Shown one piece after another: positions 19,842-29,975 of a stretch of 64,000 bases of DNA. Under the pieces are notes generated by a model. It was given only the letters and a program-made list of their open reading frames with translations. It was not told the origin of the DNA and did not search any database. This DNA is from Promethearchaeota archaeon (GTDB taxonomy: Archaea > Asgardarchaeota > Lokiarchaeia > Sigyniarchaeales > SOKP01), in the NCBI GenBank assembly GCA_019058445.1, contig JAHPZA010000010.1:224001-288000 (forward strand), read 5' to 3'. The stretch's first letter is position 1. Each line of letters begins with the position of its first letter. The translations under genes and the position numbers were made by a program.

Positions 19842-21683
19842 ATGTGCGGTATATGCGGTTTTAATTTTGAAAATAAGGCGCTAATCAAACAGATGTGTAC
19901 TTTAATTGAGCATAGAGGTCCGGATGATGAGGGATATTATATAGACTCTGCTGTTTCGATTGGTATGAGAAGATTATCCATCATAGATTTAAATACAGGG
20001 AATCAACCTCAGCATAACGAAAATAATGATATGTGGATCGTTTTTAATGGTGAAATTTATAATTTTAGAGAATTAGGAGAACATTTAGAAGAAAAGGGAC
20101 ATAAGTTTTATACAAAATCAGATACAGAAGTTATTTTGCATTCATATGAGGAATGGGGTAAGGATTGTGTTAAAAAACTAAGGGGACAATTTTCTTTTTG
20201 TATATATGATGCAAATAAGGGGTTATTATTTTTGGCTAGAGATCATATGGGATTAAAACCGCTTTATTACTATATTGACGATGAGAAATTCATTTTTAGC
20301 TCTGAAATTAAAAGTATATTAACACACAGTATAGAAAGAAAAATCAATTTTAAGGCATTAGACTTTTATCTCTCGCTTCGATATGTCCCTTTCAATCTTA
20401 CTCTATTTGATGGAGTTTTCAAGCTACCACCGGCTAGCTATATGATTTTTAATTTGAAAACTAAACAGATTAATGTAAAAAAGTATTGGGATATAAACTT
20501 TGATACTTTTAACAACAAATCCATTGATGTATTGGCAAAAGAACTACAGATTTTAATTGAAGATAGCGTTAAAGTAAGACTTATTAGTGACGTTCCTCTA
20601 GGAGCATTTTTATCAGGGGGGTTAGATTCTTCCGCAGTTGTAGCATTTATGTCAAAGTATATGAATTCTCCCGTTAAAACATTTTCTGTACGGTTTGAAG
20701 AGGGCGCTCCAATAGACGAATCAAAATACTCTCAATTCGTTGCGGACTATTACAACACAGATCATACGGAATTGCTCGTAAGATTTCCAAGTTATAATTT
20801 ATTACCAGAATTAATATGGCACCTTGATGATTTAATTGCCGATGCTGCGATAATTCCTGTTTACCTAATGGCGAAATATGCCAAAGAAAAAATGACTGTT
20901 GCTTTAACTGGAGACGGAGCAGATGAGGTATTTGCAGGATATTCATCAGAATACCGAGCTCAGAGATATGAATTATTTAAATATATACCTCAGAATCTTC
21001 TTGATTTTTCTTTAAAATTTTATGATCATATCCCATTTCATAAAATGCAACTCTTTCTCTCTTACCTTTATTCCTCTAAAAGTGAAATGGACCGTTATTT
21101 TAGATTTATTTTAAAAGTTCCAGATGAAGAAAAAAGGAATATGATCCCATTTAAAACTATTAACATGAAACAATTGATTACAGACAAGCTTCCACGAAAT
21201 TTGGACCTAGTTAATAAATTCTCTTTATGGGATTTAAAATATCAATTACCAAGTCAGTATAATATGAAAATAGATAAAATGACAATGGCCGCATCATTAG
21301 AAGCTAGAACTCCTTTACTGGATCAAAAAATTATTAGTTTTTCGACAACTATCCCGTCAGAGCTAAAATTTAACGGTAAGATAGATAAATATATCTTTAG
21401 ACTCGCTATGAGAGATATTTTACCATCCACTATTTTAAAAAGGAAGAAAACTGGTTTTGGTACCCCCGTAAGTTTTTGGCTAAGAAAAGGCTTAAAAGAA
21501 GTTTCAGGTTCTATTTTAGAAAGCCTAGAAAAAAGAAAAATCTTAAAATCTAGATATATCAAAGTGGTTAAAAGAAATCGATCGAATCACTTATATATGG
21601 ATAGAGCCTGGAATCTTATCATGTTTGAATTATGGTATGAGACATTCTTAGAAAATGATGCAGTGAAACCAATTAAGTTTTAA
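19842..21683 (+). CDS. asnB: Asparagine synthase (glutamine-hydrolysing)-like amidotransferase
   Basis: MCGICG, HRGPDD, RRLSIID, FNGEIYN, LSGGLDSS and TGDGADE motifs. Confidence 0.93.
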   Translation: MCGICGFNFENKALIKQMCTLIEHRGPDDEGYYIDSAVSIGMRRLSIIDLNTGNQPQHNENNDMWIVFNGEIYNFRELGEHLEEKGHKFYTKSDTEVILHSYEEWGKDCVKKLRGQFSFCIYDANKGLLFLARDHMGLKPLYYYIDDEKFIFSSEIKSILTHSIERKINFKALDFYLSLRYVPFNLTLFDGVFKLPPASYMIFNLKTKQINVKKYWDINFDTFNNKSIDVLAKELQILIEDSVKVRLISDVPLGAFLSGGLDSSAVVAFMSKYMNSPVKTFSVRFEEGAPIDESKYSQFVADYYNTDHTELLVRFPSYNLLPELIWHLDDLIADAAIIPVYLMAKYAKEKMTVALTGDGADEVFAGYSSEYRAQRYELFKYIPQNLLDFSLKFYDHIPFHKMQLFLSYLYSSKSEMDRYFRFILKVPDEEKRNMIPFKTINMKQLITDKLPRNLDLVNKFSLWDLKYQLPSQYNMKIDKMTMAASLEARTPLLDQKIISFSTTIPSELKFNGKIDKYIFRLAMRDILPSTILKRKKTGFGTPVSFWLRKGLKEVSGSILESLEKRKILKSRYIKVVKRNRSNHLYMDRAWNLIMFELWYETFLENDAVKPIKF

Positions 21684-21764
21684 AAATATACACTCTCAAA
21701 AATAATGTTAAAATGAAAGGATCAATTTAATCTATTTAATATTGATTGATTTTATTAAAGTAGT

Positions 21765-23195
21765 ATGAAAATTTTAATATTAAATCTGCCAAGATATAAG
21801 AATTTTTCAGTGACTAGGGAAGGACGTTGTGAATTAACATTAAATCATCGTGTTGATACCCCGGCAACTCTTTTAATCATCGCAGCTTTATTAAAAGAAA
21901 AAAATTATGATTTTGACTTTATTGATGCTAATGGATTAAATTTAAGCTATTATCATATTTTAAATCAAATAAAAAGTCAAAGGTATGATATTATTGTCTT
22001 TACATTTGTATCGAGTATTATTGATCATGAATTAAAATTTTGTGATCTTGTAAAAAAAATAAATCCTTCATGTGTTACTATTGGATATTCATGGTGGGCA
22101 AGAAATTATGGGAAGGAAATCTTAAACGAATACCCTAGCTTAGATATCCTGATAATGGAAGATCCATTCTCGATCATAGAGGATTTAGTCGCTCATTTAA
22201 CTGGATATCGCGACTTGAGTAATGTAAATGGGATTGCATTCAGAGATTTCAACAACAATATAAAAGTTAATTCAGAATTAAAATCAAGAAAAAATTTTGA
22301 TGATTTACCTTTACCTGCGTATGAATTACTAGACACCTTTGAACCTTACTATATCTATTCCCCTTTAATGAAACCTTATGCATTGATTTATTCTGGTAGA
22401 GGGTGTCCCTTTGGGTGTAAATATTGTAATGTAGCGAGAACCAAATATAGTGGGAGATCTGCGAAAAATATTATAAAAGAGTTAAAACTGTTGAAAAAAC
22501 TTGGAAAAATTAAATATGTGTGGTTTTTTGATGAAATTTTTCCGATGAAACGAAAGAGAATTGTAGAAATTTGTCAAAGAATGATCAAAGAAAAAATAAA
22601 AATCAAATGGTTATGCGATTCAAGAGCAGATTTAGTTGATAGAGAACTGCTACAATTAATGAAAAGGGCAGGGTGCATTGGAATTTCCTACGGTATTGAA
22701 TCTGGAAGTCAAACAATATTAGATAATATGAATAAAGGCATTAAAGTAGAACAAGCTAAAAAAGCTTTAAAATGGACAAGAAAAGCTCATATTCCCATTC
22801 AATTAAATCTGATTTTTGGATATATCGGAGAAACTAGAAAGACATTGAAAGAAACTGAGATGTTTGTACGGGAGACACTTCCAGAATTCATACAAGTTAA
22901 CCCAATGTTAGCTTTGACTGACACAGAATTTATAAATTTAGCCATAAAAAGCGGATGGTTAAGTGAAAATATAGATTGGAAAACTAATTTAACAGTACCA
23001 TATAAAAAACTTAATAATTATAAACCTTATGAACTATCTCTGTGGAAGGAGATAGTATATTTAAACAAAATATTGCACAGTGATATAAAATGGTGGATTA
23101 CCATTATCAAAACTTTAATTTGGAATCCAAAGTTGATTTTACCTATTATTGGAATTTTTCTAAAGAAATCTGAATCAATTAACTTATTTCTATGA
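21765..23195 (+). CDS. B12-binding radical SAM protein (class B)
   Basis: N-terminal cobalamin-binding-like domain, RGCPFGCKYC and GIESGS. Confidence 0.88.
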   Translation: MKILILNLPRYKNFSVTREGRCELTLNHRVDTPATLLIIAALLKEKNYDFDFIDANGLNLSYYHILNQIKSQRYDIIVFTFVSSIIDHELKFCDLVKKINPSCVTIGYSWWARNYGKEILNEYPSLDILIMEDPFSIIEDLVAHLTGYRDLSNVNGIAFRDFNNNIKVNSELKSRKNFDDLPLPAYELLDTFEPYYIYSPLMKPYALIYSGRGCPFGCKYCNVARTKYSGRSAKNIIKELKLLKKLGKIKYVWFFDEIFPMKRKRIVEICQRMIKEKIKIKWLCDSRADLVDRELLQLMKRAGCIGISYGIESGSQTILDNMNKGIKVEQAKKALKWTRKAHIPIQLNLIFGYIGETRKTLKETEMFVRETLPEFIQVNPMLALTDTEFINLAIKSGWLSENIDWKTNLTVPYKKLNNYKPYELSLWKEIVYLNKILHSDIKWWITIIKTLIWNPKLILPIIGIFLKKSESINLFL

Positions 23196-23207
23196 ATTAG
23201 AATTTAA

Positions 23208-24020
23208 TTATTTAGTATCGCTTCTTTTAAATAAATACCAATTATTACCTATATCAAATCTCTGCTTTAAATTAATTAATTTATAATTCGGAAATTTAAT
23301 TTTCATATATTTTAATATTTCATTAACAGATGCAAATTCGTATGGATATCCACCAAGCCAATCAATGATATCAACTCGATAGTTCATCCCTCTTTTTTTT
23401 TTATAATTTTTCATAAATTTAATAGGATTTTTAAATCTAATCAATAATCCTCCGATATCATTTAAGATATAAGCAATCTGAATAATTTTTTTCAATATTT
23501 TAGGGGATTTGTTATAGAATTTCTTTATTTTTAGCCAGAAATTAGAACTTTTAAATCCCTCAACCTTGTTATATATGGTAAAAAATAAATATCCATTTTG
23601 ATCAACTAATTTTCCAGCATTTTCAATTGCCCGCCACATCTGACCAGTATGATGAAGCACTCCCCATGAATATACAATATCAAATTTTCCTAGATTTGAG
23701 TAAAATTCATCATTTAATATGGAGCCGCTAAGTATTTCCCATTTTTTTGGATTTTTTTCAATTTTCCAGAGATATTTACAGCACTCTACAGAAAATTGAT
23801 CAACATCAAAACTTATTATTTTATTAGCGTCGAGAAGAAAAGCGGCATATGAGAAAATTCCACTGCCACAACCTATATCTAAAAAACTTTTACCATCAAG
23901 AGTATTCATCCCTAAAAATTCAAGCATAGAAGTTTTTGCAGTTTCTATTCTTTCTTTATTGAGGAATTTCAAGAAACTCTGCCAGTTTTTACCAAATGAA
24001 AATGTAGGTTTGTCAATCAT
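23208..24020 (-). CDS. Class I SAM-dependent methyltransferase (UbiG-like)
   Basis: FSFGKNW, FLDIGCGSG, YSWGVLHHTG and DWLGGYPYE motifs. Confidence 0.88.
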   Translation of the reverse strand: MIDKPTFSFGKNWQSFLKFLNKERIETAKTSMLEFLGMNTLDGKSFLDIGCGSGIFSYAAFLLDANKIISFDVDQFSVECCKYLWKIEKNPKKWEILSGSILNDEFYSNLGKFDIVYSWGVLHHTGQMWRAIENAGKLVDQNGYLFFTIYNKVEGFKSSNFWLKIKKFYNKSPKILKKIIQIAYILNDIGGLLIRFKNPIKFMKNYKKKRGMNYRVDIIDWLGGYPYEFASVNEILKYMKIKFPNYKLINLKQRFDIGNNWYLFKRSDTK

Positions 24021-24327
24021 GTTTTTTAGGTTTATTTAAACTCAAAAATCTTATTTTTATTAAGCTAGCATAATATTAAAAACAATTAAAGATATTGTTT
24101 TCTCATATTTTAACAATATAAGTACATTAGTATTATAATGATGTGGAATATTTGATTATATTGCTCCTATTAATTCTTCCAATTGTTAACCATTCTTATC
24201 GCTAATCTTCATATTTAAGAATTAATTAATTATTTAATAGATGAATTATTTCTTCAGAAAATGCTAGTTTATGTTTTTTTAAGTAAAAAAATACAGTTCT
24301 AAATAAATTCTTCAAAATCTTTAAGAA

Positions 24328-25473
24328 ATGAAACGAAAAATACTATTTTTAATCGAAAGTTTAGAGATTGGAGGGGGAGCAGAAAGAATTACCTCAATGT
24401 TAACAAGAAAAATTTCTGAAAGATTTGAGGTATTTATTTTGACTTTAAAGCATTTTAACAAAATTTATCCATATAGTGGTACTTATTATTCTCTAAATAA
24501 TAATCAAAATTCTTCAAGAATCTTTAATTTTTTAAAATTGAGCAATATTACATATTCAATCAAAATATATAAAAATATTATATCAATTTCTCCAGACTTA
24601 ATAATATCGATTACAGATTATACAAATCTAGTGATGATTTTAACTAAAACTTTATTTCGATTAAAAATTCCTCTAATTTCTGCGATACACTGCAATCCTA
24701 GTCTTGTCTATAAAAAAAATATGCCACATTTCAATTTTTTATTAAAAATATTCTATCGGTTTAATTCAGTCAACAAAATTATATCCATATCAAAAGAGGT
24801 CGAAAATATATTAGAAAAGGAATATCATATTAGAAAAGATAAATTAAAAACAATCTATAATGGGATTGATCTCGCATATATTAAGAAAATGACAAAAGAG
24901 AACATATTAGATTTTAAAAATATCTTTTATGATAATTCTATAATAAAGTTCATTACTGTGGGAAGGTTAGATATTGTCAAAGGACATAAATATCTTATAG
25001 AAGCATTCTCAAAAGTTAAAAAGAAAATTCATAATTCAAAATTATTCATTATTGGAACTGGACCGTTAAGGGATAAATTAGACTTAGTGGTTAAAGGAAA
25101 AAAACTAGAAAACGATATAATTTTTTTAGGATTTAAGGATAATCCATTTAAATATATAGCGAAATCAGACATATTTGTCTTATCATCTATTATGGAGGGC
25201 CTCCCAATGGTTTTACTTGAAGCCTTAGCATGTGGGATTCCAATTATTTCCACGGATTGTGAAACAGGTCCAAGAGAGGTTTTAGGTAATGGACGTTATG
25301 GAATGTTAGTGAGAGTTATGGATTCAAATGATTTAGCAGATAAAATGCTATTATTAGCATGGGATAGCAAATTGAAAGAAAAATATTCGAAATTATCTTT
25401 AGAAAGAGCTAATAAGTTTGAAATTAATAAGTTTGTCAATCAATGGATTGATTTGATAAATAGCTTAATATAA
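24328..25473 (+). CDS. GT4 glycosyltransferase (PglJ/WabH-like)
   Basis: GGGAER, VGRL..KG and EGLPMVLLEALACG motifs. Confidence 0.92.
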   Translation: MKRKILFLIESLEIGGGAERITSMLTRKISERFEVFILTLKHFNKIYPYSGTYYSLNNNQNSSRIFNFLKLSNITYSIKIYKNIISISPDLIISITDYTNLVMILTKTLFRLKIPLISAIHCNPSLVYKKNMPHFNFLLKIFYRFNSVNKIISISKEVENILEKEYHIRKDKLKTIYNGIDLAYIKKMTKENILDFKNIFYDNSIIKFITVGRLDIVKGHKYLIEAFSKVKKKIHNSKLFIIGTGPLRDKLDLVVKGKKLENDIIFLGFKDNPFKYIAKSDIFVLSSIMEGLPMVLLEALACGIPIISTDCETGPREVLGNGRYGMLVRVMDSNDLADKMLLLAWDSKLKEKYSKLSLERANKFEINKFVNQWIDLINSLI

Positions 25474-25522
25474 ACTAAAAATAAATTATTTCTTAAAAAA
25501 CATGAGGATAGATTTAATTTTT

Positions 25523-26680
25523 TCATAAATTTGATTTTAAAAACCTATACATCTTATTTGATATAACTTCAATATCATAATTTAATTTAATTTCCTCTAG
25601 CGCATTATCTAAAATCTGATTTACCAGTTCACTGTTGTTTTTATAGTAGTTTAACTGCTTCAATAAATCATTCTCAATATTTAGATCATATAATAATCCT
25701 GTTACTCCATGTTCTATCAAATCTGTATTTCCTTGAACCTTTGAAGCAATTACAAAAGTTCTCGTTGCCATTGCCTCTAGAATCACATTAGATATTCCTT
25801 CTCCATATGAAGAGTTAATTAAAACGTCTAAGTTAGGATATATTTCTTCTTTTTGTTTTTCAAATCCGATTAAAAGTACATTCTCATTTAAATTGTAGTG
25901 GTGGATAAAACGTAGAATAATATCCTTTTCAGGACCCTCGCCATAAATTAGTAGTTTATCTTCAGGGTATTTAGAAAAATATTGTTTAAAGACCTGTAAT
26001 AAAAAATGTAAATTCTTGATTTTAGTCAAGCGACCTACAAAGCCAAAATTTATTCCACTATGCCTTTTTTTTTTCAATCCAATAAATCTCTTACTTTCAA
26101 TTCCATTTGATAATTTCAAGATTCTTTTTCGGGGAAAATTTAAGTTTATTAAATCTTCATACATTTTCTGATTTATAGGCCTCATAAAATTCAATCTCTT
26201 AAGTACAAACCATTTATAAAACTTAAACCAACTATAGTTGATGAGTTTAGCCATGAAATTCTGCTTCTCTGTTAGATGTACAATCCTAATATAGTTCTCG
26301 TAATCTGTTGGCATTTTCATTAAAATAGGTACTTTAAAAATAACACGGAAAATAAAGGGTGAAATTATATGGTTGTCATGCCCACTAAGATAAATTATAT
26401 TTATCCTTTCTTTCTTATGGACTTTTATCAATCGAAAAAACGACTTCAGGATAAAAGAAATAGTATCAAGTCTATAGCTTTTTAATTTGTGAAGCTGAAA
26501 AATTGTTGTTCTTTTTGTGAATGGTTCATATTCGGTATATTTAGTAATTAAAGTAATTTTTAATGGTTCAATTCTTTCAAAAGAAGGTAGCAATAATAAT
26601 AATTGATTTTGAATTCCGCCACTTAACAACTTTAATTCTTTATTTGAGTGTGTATATTCTATATAAAAACAGATATGTAT
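25523..26680 (-). CDS. GT4 glycosyltransferase, probable ATA start at 26680
   Basis: VGRL..KN and EGISNVILEAMA motifs. Paralog of 45597..46754. The N-terminal HICFYIEYTHSNK lies upstream of the track's TTG (26629). Confidence 0.88.
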   Translation of the reverse strand: MHICFYIEYTHSNKELKLLSGGIQNQLLLLLPSFERIEPLKITLITKYTEYEPFTKRTTIFQLHKLKSYRLDTISFILKSFFRLIKVHKKERINIIYLSGHDNHIISPFIFRVIFKVPILMKMPTDYENYIRIVHLTEKQNFMAKLINYSWFKFYKWFVLKRLNFMRPINQKMYEDLINLNFPRKRILKLSNGIESKRFIGLKKKRHSGINFGFVGRLTKIKNLHFLLQVFKQYFSKYPEDKLLIYGEGPEKDIILRFIHHYNLNENVLLIGFEKQKEEIYPNLDVLINSSYGEGISNVILEAMATRTFVIASKVQGNTDLIEHGVTGLLYDLNIENDLLKQLNYYKNNSELVNQILDNALEEIKLNYDIEVISNKMYRFLKSNL

Positions 26681-26779
26681 TTACATCACCTGGTTAAATT
26701 TATGGGTCTTATTTTTAGTGCTATCATTCTTTTACAGTATTCTCTTTTTTTATTAAAAAATTTAAGAAGTCTTGAGAGA

Positions 26780-28570
26780 TTAAATTCTTAAAATCTTTGT
26801 TAAATCTTCTGGATTTTTATCATTTATATACATTTCATACCACATATCAAAAAATAGGAGAATTAATATTTGAAAAGAGTAAAGTTGAAAGGGTCTTGGT
26901 TTTTTTGTAGATTTATGTTTATGTATTAAATTGCGAATATAATTGTAATCAAAAAACTTTTTTCTATTGTTAAAAAGCATAGCCTCAGCAGCATCTTCAA
27001 GACTATCTTTTACCCAAGCATGCATCGGAACAAAAAATCCTTGTTTTTTTCTTAATACAATTTCGCGGGGAAGATATTTAAGAGCTAATTTTTTTAAAAT
27101 AAACTTTCCATTAAGATTAGGTAATTTTTGTTTAACTCCCATATTTGCACTTAGTTCTACGATTCTATGATCTAAAAATGGAACCCTTGCTTCCATAGAA
27201 TGTGCCATCGTCATTTTATCAGCACGATTTAACTCCCAGTTTGGTAATTCATGCTTAATGTCGAATAAAAGCATTCTATTGAGTAGATTTTTTGGATAAT
27301 TTGATGTTCCATTTTTATAGAAAAGGTAGTCATGCAAAGTATTATCTTCTTTGAAAGAGAAATTTAATAATTCTGTTCTATTTTTTTTTTTAAAAGGAGA
27401 GTAATACCACATATAAAACCGACGCCTAAGATAATCCGGGATTGGTTTAAACATATTAGAACCTACATAGTAATTTACATAACCCGAAAAAAGTTCATCT
27501 GCACCTTCACCTGTATTGACAACAGTAACTTTCTTTCTAGCAAATTCGCTCAAAAAATATAATGGGACAATTGTTATTTCTGAATGGGGCTCGTCCATCT
27601 GCCAAATGAGTTTTGGAAGTTTTCTAGTAATATTTTTATAGTCTAAAATCAACTCATGATGATTTGTTGATAAATATTCAGCAACTTTGTGTGCATATTT
27701 AAATTCATCTGATTCATGCCCAAAACCAACAGTAAAAGTTTCGACTTTATCCTTTCGTAATTTAGAATTGATAGCAACTACCAAACTTGAATCAATTCCA
27801 CCTGAAAGAAAAGCACCTAAGGGAACATCGCTATTGAGCCTTAGTTCGATTGATGAAAATAAAAGTTTTTCTAGCATAGCAATTTGGTAATTTTCTGATT
27901 TATTTGATATTTCCCAGCTGAGATCCCAAAATTTTTTAACATTTAAAACTCCATTTTTAAAAAGAGCATAGTGTCCTGGTAAGAGTTTATTAATGCCAAC
28001 CAATATTGTTTTATTTGAGGGGATAAACCTATATTTCAAAAAGGAATTTAAACATTGTAAATTAATTTCTTTTTTTATATCATGCTGTAAAATTGCTTTA
28101 AGTTCAGAAGAAAAAATTAAATTCTGTCCATCATACATGTAATATAATGGTTTTATCCCGATTCTATCTCTAGCCAAAAATAATTCTTTCGTATTTGTGT
28201 CCCATATCGCTAAAGCAAACATGCCATTAAAGAGACTCAAACATTTGGAACCATATTCTTCATAAGCATAAAGAATAACTTCAGTATCTGAGGTTGATCT
28301 AAATTTATAACCGATTTTTTCAAGTTTTTCTCTAATTTCTTTATAGTTGTAAATTTCACCATTGTAAATAATCCATAGATTTCCCTTATTATTTGACATT
28401 GGTTGATGACCTGCTTGAGATAGATCGATTATAGATAATCGATTATGTCCTAATGAAATTCTACTATCAGTATATATGCCAACATCATCTGGACCACGAT
28501 GAATAAGAAGATCATTCATCTTTTTAATAAGTATTTTATCTTCCCATGTAAATCCAGATATTGAACACAT
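26780..28570 (-). CDS. asnB: Asparagine synthase (glutamine-hydrolysing)-like amidotransferase
   Basis: MCSISG start at 28570 behind a GGTGA RBS. HRGPDD, NRLSIID, LSGGIDSS and TGEGADE motifs. Confidence 0.93.
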   Translation of the reverse strand: MCSISGFTWEDKILIKKMNDLLIHRGPDDVGIYTDSRISLGHNRLSIIDLSQAGHQPMSNNKGNLWIIYNGEIYNYKEIREKLEKIGYKFRSTSDTEVILYAYEEYGSKCLSLFNGMFALAIWDTNTKELFLARDRIGIKPLYYMYDGQNLIFSSELKAILQHDIKKEINLQCLNSFLKYRFIPSNKTILVGINKLLPGHYALFKNGVLNVKKFWDLSWEISNKSENYQIAMLEKLLFSSIELRLNSDVPLGAFLSGGIDSSLVVAINSKLRKDKVETFTVGFGHESDEFKYAHKVAEYLSTNHHELILDYKNITRKLPKLIWQMDEPHSEITIVPLYFLSEFARKKVTVVNTGEGADELFSGYVNYYVGSNMFKPIPDYLRRRFYMWYYSPFKKKNRTELLNFSFKEDNTLHDYLFYKNGTSNYPKNLLNRMLLFDIKHELPNWELNRADKMTMAHSMEARVPFLDHRIVELSANMGVKQKLPNLNGKFILKKLALKYLPREIVLRKKQGFFVPMHAWVKDSLEDAAEAMLFNNRKKFFDYNYIRNLIHKHKSTKKPRPFQLYSFQILILLFFDMWYEMYINDKNPEDLTKILRI

Positions 28571-28759
28571 AATAATCACCAATGAATCCTTTAAGTCCTA
28601 CCTTAGATAACTAATACTTAAATGATCCTAAAGTTTAGATTTTAAATGTTTCAAGAAAAATAAGGTTTTTATATCTTTTAATAGTAAATTTTTTGTCAAA
28701 ACAAATTTTATATAATAAATAAAACAATTTTATAGATTATTTTGAAACATAAGAATTCT

Positions 28760-29881
28760 ATGAAGAAGATTGTACTATGTACATTTTCGAATCTTGGTTC
28801 AATTGTTTATGGCGATGCTATTAATGATAGCAAATTATATGACGCCATCCCTCCTTCTTATTATAAAACGGCTATATATCCAAGCTATAATAAAAAAAAT
28901 AAAATATCATTAAAGTCAATTATCGAATTTTATAGTAGATATTTGAAAGAGATTATAAGAACAAATACCATATTTATCGTTCGCGGTCCAAAATTAACGA
29001 TTTTACCAATCTTGTTAAATAAAATCTGGAAAAATAGAGTGATCTTAAGATCAGGATGTACTCCACTGATGTTTGTTGAAAGAAAAGCTTTTGCTAGAAA
29101 TCCAGAATATCAGTCAAACGAATCATTTTTTCTAAAGTGTTTTTATTATTTTGAGCCAATTTTAGAAAAATTTGCCTTAAGGAATGTAGATGATTTTATT
29201 GTAGAAAATTCACGTGCAGCAAAAATCATAACATACTATGGGGGGTCATCAAATAAAATTGAAATTATTCCGTATTATATTCAGGAGTATTTTCTAAAAA
29301 GTAGTAATCCAAAGTATGATATATCTAAGGACTGCTTGAAGATAGGTTATGTTGGTAGATTCAAAAAATATGATTTGATTATCCCAATTATTAATGCTAT
29401 TACCTTGTTAAAAAGAGAAAACTACAATATTAAATTAAATCTAATTGGAGATGGCCCCAAAAGAACAAATATTCAAAATTTAGTATTAAAAAAAGAATTA
29501 TATGATAATGTAGTATTTCTAGGGGAAAAGTCCCATAGAGAAGTATCTGATCTGGTTAACGATTTTCATTGTCTATTATTCCCAATGCTTAATAACTTGT
29601 GTCCCTCTACAATCGCGATTAAAATTCTTGAAAGTGTAATGAAAGGTAAAATCATTATTACAACTAATAGTGGCAACAATGTCTCTTTATTTCTTGATAA
29701 CAAGGATTTAATCTTAAAGTCTACTACGGATAAAGCTATTGCTGAGAAAATTAAATTAGTAATCAATAATTATCAAAAGTACAAAATTATTGCAGAAAAT
29801 CTAAGACAACATCACTCTAAATTCCGTTCGAAGTCAATTTATAGAAAATTGTTAACAGAGTTATTAAACAAAACTCATTAA
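28760..29881 (+). CDS. GT4 glycosyltransferase (divergent)
   Basis: IGYVGRF, IGDGP and IKILESVMKGK motifs. ATG at 28760 (TTG at 28742 is the alternative). Confidence 0.8.
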   Translation: MKKIVLCTFSNLGSIVYGDAINDSKLYDAIPPSYYKTAIYPSYNKKNKISLKSIIEFYSRYLKEIIRTNTIFIVRGPKLTILPILLNKIWKNRVILRSGCTPLMFVERKAFARNPEYQSNESFFLKCFYYFEPILEKFALRNVDDFIVENSRAAKIITYYGGSSNKIEIIPYYIQEYFLKSSNPKYDISKDCLKIGYVGRFKKYDLIIPIINAITLLKRENYNIKLNLIGDGPKRTNIQNLVLKKELYDNVVFLGEKSHREVSDLVNDFHCLLFPMLNNLCPSTIAIKILESVMKGKIIITTNSGNNVSLFLDNKDLILKSTTDKAIAEKIKLVINNYQKYKIIAENLRQHHSKFRSKSIYRKLLTELLNKTH

Positions 29882-29975
29882 AACCGATTATTATGCTTTA
29901 AATTTAATATTAAAATAAATTTAATTAACTTTTGATTATTGTTAAAAATAAGATTTCTGAAATTGGAATAAAACA

